A stretch of DNA of 64,000 nucleotides from NCBI GenBank assembly GCA_951406725.2, contig OX597823.1, forward strand, positions 62,558,001-62,622,000, written 5' to 3'. A program made the translations under genes and the position numbers. The notes beneath the pieces were generated by a model. It was not told where the DNA came from, made no database searches, and saw only the letters and a list, made by a program, of their open reading frames with translations. This DNA comes from Octopus vulgaris. Taxonomy: Eukaryota. Positions 53,318 through 64,000 of the stretch are shown piece after piece (the stretch's first letter is position 1; each line of letters starts with the position of its first letter).

Positions 53318-56300
53318 GCACAACAACTTCCACAAGGACATGTATTACATCAAAAATTCTTGGTTGGGGATGCAAATCCTCCCATTCGCGTACGACATAA
53401 TGCGGCAACAGCATAAAAATGAAGCGTCCATCTCGTTCTTCTCTGAATGTAGAATGAGGAAATTTGGATGTTGAAGTAATGTAAATAAATTAATAAATAA
53501 ATATATACATATATAAATATATAAATGTAGACAGACGTGTAGGAACCTGGTAATAAGAGTGAATAGAGATAAAGATGGAGGGGCGAGAATTCAGGACGAA
53601 GGATAAAAAATATATTAAAAAATATATAAAAAGTGTAAGTATATAAAAAAAATATAAAAATGTAGAGTGTAAAGATATAAAGAGATATAAAAAATATAAA
53701 AGAATATAAATGAATATAAAGGTATAAAGTTATAAAAATAAAAATAGAAATAAAAATAATAAAAAATGTAAAAGATTATAAGGATAAGGGATATATAGTA
53801 GTTACGGACCAAACATGGTGGTCAGGAAAATGACAAATTCTGGTTGTAGAAGTCTGGGGTGTCGTAAATCAACAGGAGCGTCTGGGGACTTAGTGTATTG
53901 TAAATCAGAGATGTTGAGCAGCTTATCTGGTTCTTCGTATTAAGTGGTCATCTTGTACATACGTACCCGCATGGATGCATACACCCATATACACGCGCAC
54001 ATATACGCACGCATACCCAGCTACAAGCATATAAGCATACATACGTACTCACGTGTAAACATATACAGATACACATATACACATACACACGCACACATGC
54101 GCACATATATATACACACAACAGAATATGCATATATATACACGGACAATATACATGTACATATATATATACACACACGCACACATACGCATATACATATA
54201 CATATACACATATGCATACATGTATACATATACATATATACACATATACATATACACACATATACTCGCACCCATACCCGCACACGCACATATATATATG
54301 TGTGCATACATGCACACCCACGTGTGCATACATACACGCATACACACATACACACGGACCCACGCGCATGTATCCACACGCACACACACACACATCTGTG
54401 TGTCTATATGTGCGTGTGCGCATACCCTTACATACACATACACAGATGCGCACACATACAGATATAGATATAAGATATTAAAAGATGTATAACAAATGTA
54501 TATAAGAAATCTACAAACGCATGTAAAGAAACGGACCCACGAACTCACGTCTACACGCACACGCACACACATCTGTGTGTCTATACGTGCGTGTACACAT
54601 ACACTTACGTACACACACACAGACACACGCACATATAGGTATAGCTATAAGATATTAAAAGATGCATAAAAATATGTGTAAACATATGTATATAAGAAAT
54701 CTACGAAAGCATGTAAAAAAAATTATTAAAGAAGTATAACGGGGGTGCGCATATCTAGACACAGATATTTACTCATACATACGTATACACATGTATACAT
54801 ATACATACGTACCCGGACACACGTATAATCATAAAGCGGATACATAGATAAGTAAATAAGGAAAAAGCTAAAAATAGACATATATAGAGATATAAAGTGA
54901 TAAAATAGGGGTAAAAATAGGAGTAAGAATGAGGGTAAGAATAAGAATTAGAAATAAAAATAAGAAATAAAATATAAAAATTAGAAATAAAATATAAAAA
55001 TCATAAAAACTATAAAAATTAAAATAGAGAATGAAAATAAAAATAAGAATAAAGGTAAAGCAAAATAAAATAGGATAAAATAAAATATAAATATAATCGG
55101 GTAAAGCTTAACATGAGATGAGGGTAAAAATAAAAGGTGGTTGAAAGTGTAAAGTTAAAGGTGTGTGCTAAATGTGACCACGTAGGGGCGGGCGGGGGGA
55201 ACTGAAAATTGGAAGGGTGGGAAGCGGAGTTTGGTGGTGTACGCTCAACATCAGAGTTAGAAATGGGAAAAAGTATAGATATAGGGAAACAAAAAATCTA
55301 GATAGGAAGAATGTAGGTGTAGGAGAAGAAATATATAGGGAAAAAAAATATATGGGAGACAAAATGTGTATATATAGGAAAAAGTAGGAAAATATATATA
55401 TAGGAAAACGGGATGCGCTAGAGCCGACAGGTTGCACTGGGTGGGAGGAACTTGCATGGGGGAGTTGGTATAATAGTCTAAGCTTTGTAGTATTTGAAAG
55501 TATTAATAAGCTTGTGTATACAGGATGGTTTGAACTCTGACCTTTTGTTAATAAGATTGTGTTTCTCCTTGAATTTCAAGATATTCAGGAGTTCTACACA
55601 ACATAGCTGGCATCCTGCTCTATTGTTTAAATAAGGTGCAGCTGATCCGATGATGGACCATCTGAGTTTGAAATCTATGCTTTTGTCTTTTAATTCCCAA
55701 TTTTTTTTAGAAAGGGAGGTGCTGTTAGCTTTATGCCTATGTTTCAGCGATGACCGGTGGTTGTAGTATCTAGATTTCCAGGAGGTCGAGCAACCTATGT
55801 AACAAAAGGTCAGAGTTCAAACCATCCTGTATACACAAGCTTATTAATACTTTCAAATACTACAAAGCTTAGACTATTATACCAACTCCCCCATGCAAGT
55901 TCCTCCCACCCAGTGCAACCTGTCGGCTCTAGCGCATCCCGTTTTCCTATATATATATTTTCCTACTTTTTCCTATATATACACATTTTGTCTCCCATAT
56001 ATTTTTTTTCCCTATATATTTCTTCTCCTACACCTACATTCTTCCTATCTAGATTTTTTGTTTCCCTATATCTATACCTTTTCCCATTTCTAACTCTGAT
56101 GTTGAGCGCACACCACCAAACCCCGCTTCCCACCCTTCCAATTTTCAGTTCCCCCCGCCCGCCCCTACGTGGTCACATTTAGCACACACCTTTAACTTTA
56201 CACTTTCAACCACCTTTTATTTTTACCCTCATCTCATGTTAAGCTTTATCCGATTATATTTATATTTTATTTTATCCTATTTTATTTTGCTTTACCTTTA

Positions 56301-57778
56301 TTCTTATTTTTATTTTCATTCTATATTTTAATTTTTATAGTTTTTATGATTTTTATATTTTATTTCTAATTTTTATATTTTATTTCTTATTTTTATTTCT
56401 AATTCTTATTCTTACCCTCATTCTTACTCCTATTTTTACCCCTATTTTATCACTTTATATCTCTATATATGTCTATTTTTAGCTTTTTCCTTATTTACTT
56501 ATCTATGTATCCGCTTTATGATTATACGTGTGTCCGGGTACGTATGTATATGTATACATGTGTATACGTATGTATGAGTAAATATCTGTGTCTAGATATG
56601 CGCACCCCCGTTATACTTCTTTAATAATTTTTTTTACATGCTTTCGTAGATTTCTTATATACATATGTTTACACATATTTTTATGCATCTTTTAATATCT
56701 TATAGCTATACCTATATGTGCGTGTGTCTGTGTGTGTGTGTACGTAAGTGTATGTGTACACGCACGTATAGACACACAGATGTGTGTGCGTGTGCGTGTA
56801 GACGTGAGTACGTGGGTCCGTTTCTTTACATGCGTTTGTAGATTTCTTATATACATTTGTTATACATCTTTTAATATCTTATATCTATACCTGTATGTGT
56901 GGGCATCTGTGTATATGTATGTAAGGGTATGCGCACACGCACGTATAGACACACAGATACGTGTGTGTGTGAGTGTGGATACATGCGCGTGGGTCCGTGT
57001 GTATGTGTGTATGCGTGTATGTATGCACACGTGGGTATGCATGTATGCACACATATATATATGTGCGTGTGCGGGTATGGGTGCGAGTATATGTGTGTAT
57101 ATGTATATGTGTATATATGTATATGTATACATGTATGCATATGTGTATATGTATATGTATATGCGTATGTGTGCGTGTGTGTATATATATATGTACATGT
57201 ATATTGTCCGTGTATATATATGCATATTCTGTTGTGTGTATATATATGTGCGCATGTGTGCGTGTGTATGTGTATATGTGTATCTGTATATGTTTACACG
57301 TGAGTACGTATGTATGCTTATATGCTTGTAGCTGGGTATGCGTGCGTATATGTGCGCGTGTATATGGGTGTATGCATCCATGCGGGTACGTATGTACAAG
57401 ATGACCACTTAATACGAAGAACCAGATAAGCTGCTCAACATCTCTGATTTACAATACACTAAGTCCCCAGACGCTCCTGTTGATTTACGACACCCCAGAC
57501 TTCTACAACCAGAATTTGTCATTTTCCTGACCACCATGTTTGGTCCGTAACTACTATATATCCGCAATAATAATTCTCTAAACGAGATATAGACAGTAAC
57601 TGCTCCATAACATAAGGGACATTAGCCATTTGAATGTGGCTAGGGACAGGGCAGGGCGGAGGGGGTGTTACTGATGCATTTAGCCCCAGGTGATCATCAA
57701 CGTCACCAGATAGGCTGACACCATCACGGTGTCCTCTATCCTGCAAAGGGAGATCATTCCCCGAAGAAGCGGATGCCA

Positions 57779-57823
57779 CATACGGACCCAGGTTTCAAGG
57801 TGTTTGCCTATCATCAACGCATG
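57779..57823 (-). ncRNA. type I hammerhead variant (UUGAUGA core) in the 357-bp unit
   Basis: Exact reverse complement of 58417-58461. Confidence 0.7.
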
Positions 57824-58416
57824 GCAGGCACCGCTCCTCGACGAACAACTCCCCGAGCAGGATATTTATATAGAGATTTTCACGTAAATACATTTACTGA
57901 TTTCGAAAATCTGTTCGACAGCAATAATAATTCTCTAAACGAGATATAGATAGTAACTGCTCCATAACATAAGGGACATGAGCCATTTGAATGTGGCTAG
58001 GGACAGGGCAGGGCGGTGGGGGTGTTACTGATGCATTTAGCCCCAGGCGATCATCAACGTCACCAGATAGGCTGACACCATCACGTGAAACCTGGGTCCG
58101 TATGTGGCATCCGCTTCTTCGGGGAATGATCTCCCTTTGCAGGATAGAGGACACCGTGATGGTGTCAGCCTATCTGGTGACGTTGATGATCGCCTGGGGC
58201 TAAATGCATCAGTAACACCCCCACCGCCCTGCCCTGTCCCTAGCCACATTCAAATGGCTCATGTCCCTTATGTTATGGAGCAGTTACTGTCTATATCTCG
58301 TTTAGAGAATTATCATTGCTGTCGAACAGATTTTCGAAATCAGTAAATGTATTTACGTGAAAATCTCTATATAAATATCCTGCTCGGGGAGTTGTTCGTC
58401 GAGGAGCGGTGCCTGC

Positions 58417-58461
58417 CATGCGTTGATGATAGGCAAACACCTTGAAACCTGGGTCCGTATG
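58417..58461 (+). ncRNA. type I hammerhead variant (UUGAUGA core, GUC site) in the 357-bp unit
   Basis: catgcg|TTGATGA|tagg-caaaca-cctt|GAAAC ctgg GTC|cgtatg; TATATAAA ~45 bp upstream (58368-58375). Confidence 0.72.
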
Positions 58462-59092
58462 TGGCATCCGCTTCTTCGGGGAATGATCTCCCTTTGCAGG
58501 ATAGAGGACACCGTGATGGTGTCAGCCTATCTGGTGACGTTGATGATCACCTGGGGCTAAATGCATCAGTAACACCCCCTCCGCCCTGCCCTGTCCCTAG
58601 CCACATTCAAATGGCTAATGTCCCTTATGTTACTATATATCCCTTATCCTTATATTCTTTTACATTTTTATTATTTTTTTTTATTTTTATTTCTATTTTT
58701 ATTTTTATAACTTTATACCTTTATATTCATTTATATTCTTTTATATTTTTTATATCTCTTTATATCTTTACACTCTACATTTTTATATTTTTTTATATAT
58801 TTTTTATCCTTCGTCCTGAATTCTCGCCCCTCCATCTTTATCTCTATTCACTCTTATTACCAGGTTCCTTCACGTCTGTCTACATTTATATATTTATATA
58901 TGTATATATTTATTTATTAATTTATTTACATTACTTCAACATCCAAATTTCCTCATTCTACATTGAGAGAAGAACGAGTTGGACGCTTCATTTTTATGCT
59001 GTTGCCGCATTATGTCGTACGCGAATGGGAGGATTTGCATCCCCAACCAAGAATTTTTGATGTAATACATGTCCTTGTGGAAGTTGTTGTGC

Positions 59093-59170
59093 GCGGCTGA
59101 AGAATGCCACAGACATACATTATGCATTGTTATAAATCCGTCTAATAAAGGCCCGAAACATATGTACCGC
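59093..59170 (+). ncRNA. type I hammerhead with long stem-II insertion
   Basis: gcgg|CTGAAGA|atgcc..41 nt..ggccc|GAAAC atat GTA|ccgc. Confidence 0.78.
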
Positions 59171-59207
59171 TGAATCCTTGGCATCATGTTTTTTATTTTG
59201 ATTAATT

Positions 59208-59293
<86 letters not shown>

Positions 59294-59435
59294 ATGTATA
59301 TATGTATATATATATATATGTATATATATATATGTATATGTATATATGTATATATATATATATGTATATATATATATGTATATATATATATATGTATGTA
59401 TATATGTATATATATGTATATATGTATGTATATAT

Positions 59436-60237
59436 AAGGAATGAAGCTAGCATGATCCGCTGGATGTGTAATGTCAGTGTGCACGCATGACAGAGTGCAA
59501 GCACCCTGAGAGAAATGCTTGACATAAGAAGCATCTGATGTGGTGTGCAAGAGCGACGCTTGCGATGGTATGGTCATGTACTGCGGATGGATGAGGAGAG
59601 ATGTGTGAAGAAGTGCCACTCCCAAACAGTTGAAGGTATCAGGGGGAGAGGTCGACCCAGGAAGACATGGGATGAGGTAGTCAAACATGACCTCAGAGCA
59701 TTGGGCCTCACTGAGGCAATGGCGAAGGACCGAGATTTCTGGAGATATGCTATGACTGCAAAGACCCGGGCTGCTTCCTGCACCAGTTCCGCATAGCCCC
59801 TGCCCATTCAAAGTACCTTGGATTTCAGAACAACCCGCTGTGCTTGAGGAGACCTGTTGAGTCAAGTACATGAGCATCGAAATAAATATCAATGGAAATA
59901 GTAGTTGTGATACCTGTGCCGGTGGCACATAAAAAGCACCATTCGGACGGGGCCGATGCCAGCACTGTCTTGGCTGGCTTCCGTGCCGGTGGCACGTTAA
60001 AAGCACCAACTGATCATGGCCGATGCCGGACCCCCTGGCACCTGTGCAGGTGGCATGTAAAAAGCACCCACTACACTCGCGGAATGGTTGGCGTTAGGAA
60101 GGGCATCCAGCTGTAGAAACTCTGCCAGATCAGACTGGAGCCTGGTGCAGCCCCTGGCTTTCCAGACCCCGGTCGAACCATCCAGCCCGTGCTAGCGCGG
60201 AAAACGGACGTTAAACGATGATGATGATGATGATGAT
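59436..60237 (+). mobile_element. RTE-clade LINE 3' end (ORF C-terminus + UTR + (GAT)n)
   Basis: [12 protein letters not shown]...GRGRPRKTW; tail gatgatgat. Confidence 0.9.
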
Positions 60238-60305
60238 ATATATATGTATATATATATATGTATATATACATGTATGTGTATATATATGTATGTGTATATA
60301 TATGT

Positions 60306-60616
60306 GGAGGCGCAATGGCCCAGTGGTTAGGGCAGCGGATTCGCGGTTGTAGGATCGCGGTTTCGATTCCCAGACCGGGCGTTGTGAGTGTTTATTGAGC
60401 GAAAACACCTAATTCTCCACGAGGCTCCGGCAGGAGGTGGTGGCGATCCCTGCTGTACTCTTTCGCCACAACTTTCTCTCACTCTTTCTTCTGTTGGCCT
60501 GCTCGCTTAGCCAGCGGGGTGGCGTCATTTGAAGGCTAAAACAATGTGAAGCGCATTGTGACCAGCGATGTGTAACAACATCTGATAGCCTGGTCGGTCA
60601 CGGTGATCACGGTGAT
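60306..60616 (+). mobile_element. tRNA-derived SINE (third family)
   Basis: tggcccagtggttagg (A box), ggtttcgattccc (B box), non-tRNA body; flanked by TA microsatellites. Confidence 0.75.
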
Positions 60617-60627
60617 ATATATGTATG

Positions 60628-60678
<51 letters not shown>

Positions 60679-60685
60679 ATATGTA

Positions 60686-60751
<66 letters not shown>

Positions 60752-60879
60752 AAGCAAAAATTTAGATTCAAATGAATATGGTACTTAATTTAGATGCACC
60801 AGAATTTTGTATGGTGTTATCCATAAAAATCCGTGGGGTGATTATAATCAAAATAAGCAACAAGAATGACTCCGGTAAT

Positions 60880-60965
60880 TTGGTACGATCGTTTCGTACT
60901 ACATCATTTTATTAAATGTTGTAAGTATTACAACAGATTTAAAATGCTGAGTACTCATCAGCCAA
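60880..60965 (-). ncRNA. type I hammerhead, canonical core, with 49-nt structured stem-II extension
   Basis: ttgg|CTGATGA|gtact..49 nt..agtac|GAAAC gatc GTA|ccaa. Confidence 0.9.
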
Positions 60966-61632
60966 TTATTGAGGTTTTCCATTAATACAAAAATTTTCAT
61001 ATCAAGTGGCAACATTATAGAGAGTGTAGATATATAGACAAAGATGTGGATTTAAATTTTAAGAACATTTGAGGTAGTGGAGCCCATCAACTGACTGACT
61101 AAGATTTGGCTGTTCCAGACTACTGTAAGGTTGTGAGAGAAGTTGAGAGACAGCATTGTCACTACTATATTATTTCCTTTATTCTAACTTGTCAAAGTAC
61201 TTGGAACTTATAGACCAAAATGTTGTGTTGATGTGCATCGGGTTTGTAAGGTCTCTGTACTCTCTGTGAATGTGATTGTGACAACTTGAAATTGATCTAG
61301 TTCTCCTAACGCTGAATCTGTTCATCAAATAGTAGTAATTGGCATTTAGTAGTGACAATACTGTCTTCCACATAAATTCCTTATATGGAGCTCTGAAACC
61401 CCCTTTACCCCATTTCTATAATTAGAAAATGTTGATTGTGTCCTTCCACTTATTCTTCCCTCTCACAACCTTACAGTAGTCTGGAACAACCAAATCTTAG
61501 TCAGTCAGTTGATGGGCTCCACTACCTCAAAAGTTCTTAAAATTTAAATCCACATCTTTGTCTATATATCTACCTTCTCTATAATGTTGCCACATGATAT
61601 GGAAATTTTGTATTAATGGAAAACCTCTATAA

Positions 61633-61718
61633 TTGGCTGATGAGTACTCAGCATTTTAAATCTGTTGTAATACTTACAACATTTAATAAAATGATGTAGT
61701 ACGAAATGATCATGCCAA
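61633..61718 (+). ncRNA. second copy of that hammerhead with G at position 17 (likely inactive)
   Basis: ttgg|CTGATGA|gtact...agtac|GAAAT gatc ATG|ccaa. Confidence 0.75.
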
Positions 61719-61776
61719 ATTACCGGAGTCATTCTTGTTGCTTATTTTGATTATATATATATGTATATACATGTAG

Positions 61777-61807
<31 letters not shown>

Positions 61808-61858
61808 AGTGTATATATGTATGTATATATATTTATATATACATGTATGATGATGATA

Positions 61859-61904
<46 letters not shown>

Positions 61905-62073
61905 TTATATATATATACATATATATACATATATACATATATATATATATATATGTATACATATATATACATATATACATACATATATATATATATGTAT
62001 ACATATATATACATATATACATACATATATATATATATACATATATATATACATATATACATATATATATATA

Positions 62074-62822
<749 letters not shown>

Positions 62823-62851
62823 TATACATATATATATATACATATATATAC

Positions 62852-62961
<110 letters not shown>

Positions 62962-63159
62962 GAAATGAAGAAAATGCTGACAAAATAATTTAAGTAATTT
63001 AAGTAATTTAATTAGGTGAGAGTTCTTTTTACCGGTTGCGCATTTGTTATGCTTATCAAAAGATATTTTTTAAGAGAGATAAAGTTCCTTTCTAATAGAT
63101 TTTTTTCCTCTTATCTGTATATACATATATATACATATATATATATATATCTTTTACTC

Positions 63160-64000
63160 TTTTACTCTTATACTTGTTTCAGCCATCCGGCTGAGGCCAT
63201 GCTGGGGCACCGCCCTTGTTGCTACCCTCTCTAAGTCCAGTTTGCCGTGGCTGGCCACTGATCTAAGAGAGAGTGTGTAGCTGCTGCCCTTAGGTTACCT
63301 TCGTACCTTGCAGTGGGTTCATCTGGGATCCCGGAAAGCAGCTTGTCTAGATGTTTTTTGAAAATGTCCACATCCGCATCATGTAGATCTCTTAGTTTTC
63401 TTGGCAGTTTGTTGAAAAGCTGAGGGCCCCTGAACCCCAGGCTATTACAGTATCTGCTCCTTACCCTGGATGTGGAAGACGGGACCTTTGGCACCACACA
63501 GTGACGTCCTGTACGGGGATTGGAACAGCTCTCAATTCCAAAATTTGGTGCTAGTCCCTCCAGGATTTTCCATATGTATATCACTGCATATCTCTCTCGT
63601 CTTCGTTCCAAGGAGTACAAATTGAGTTCCCTAAGCCTCTCCCAATAGTTCTTTTCTTTCATGGTGGAAATCCTCTTGGTGAAATGTCTTTGGATTGTCT
63701 CAAGCTCTGTGGTTAGTTTGACACTATGCGGTGACCACAGTTGGGAGCAGTAGTCCAGGCGGCTTAGGACAAATGTCCTCCATAGTGTCAACATGGTCTC
63801 GCCGTCTCTTGTCCTGAGGACATTCCGGACAAGAGACTGCGAGACCATGTTGACACTATGGAGGACATTTGTCCTAAGCCGCCTGGACTACTGCTCCCAA
63901 CTGTGGTCACCGCATAGTGTCAAACTAACCACAGAGCTTGAGACAATCCAAAGACATTTCACCAAGATTTCCACCATGAAAGAAAAGAACTATTGGGAGA
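63160..64000 (-). mobile_element. 5'-truncated CR1/L2-group LINE 3' end with fold-back inverted duplication
   Basis: ORF 63231-63820 is homologous to the C-terminus of 28509-30530. Arms 63638-63814 / 63827-64000. Confidence 0.9.

Larger units (their letters stand above)
53200..59211. repeat. 6-kb nested inverted-repeat structure, Penelope-like, hammerhead-bearing
   Basis: Outer arms 53200-53800 / 58631-59211; 1.76-kb arms 53789-55550 / 55800-57563; inner arms 57607-58085 / 58155-58632 built from a 357-bp unit. Confidence 0.92.
60843..61755. repeat. ~297-bp inverted repeats (60843-61139 / 61460-61755), Penelope-like pLTR pair
   Basis: Arms are clear reverse complements; each carries a hammerhead. 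Confidence 0.9.

Noticed and set aside
55625-55680. Hammerhead-like CCGATGA-tggac...gttt-GAAA in the spacer of the large inverted repeat
   Set aside because: Stem II is only partly paired and there is no convincing stem I/III or UH site; at best a decayed copy.
57519-59060. Repeated ORF MASASSGNDLPLQDRGH...
   Set aside because: It starts at GTG inside the 357-bp repeat, has no recognisable domain, and ends differently in each copy; it may be a PLE N-terminus but this is unsupported.
60306-60380. tRNA-like sequence
   Set aside because: It continues into a SINE-like body and has no convincing acceptor stem or terminator, so it was called a SINE.

Overview
Repeat-dense, AT-rich eukaryotic (animal) DNA. 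The mix of SINE, LINE and Helitron families and the abundant microsatellites suggests a cephalopod such as octopus; this is an inference, not a database result. Only one host coding exon is recognisable: a type II membrane fucosyltransferase-superfamily protein at 49999-51147 (+). Much of the upstream sequence may be its intron. The rest is transposon-derived: a full-length L1/Tx1-type LINE inserted in a SINE with a 16-bp TSD, further Tx1, CR1/L2 and RTE pieces, a Neptune-type Penelope-like element (RT + GIY-YIG), Helitron derivatives, mariner, MULE and Chapaev-like relics, MITEs, a solo LTR and SINEs. The most notable signal is non-coding. I can fold at least seven distinct type I hammerhead-ribozyme motifs (11 copies), nearly all inside inverted-repeat, Penelope-like structures. 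They include natural covariants of the core 3-8 pair (G3-C8, U3-A8), long stem-II insertions, and a 357-bp hammerhead-bearing tandem unit resembling a retrozyme within a 6-kb nested palindrome. Coordinates were counted by eye and may be off by a few bases.
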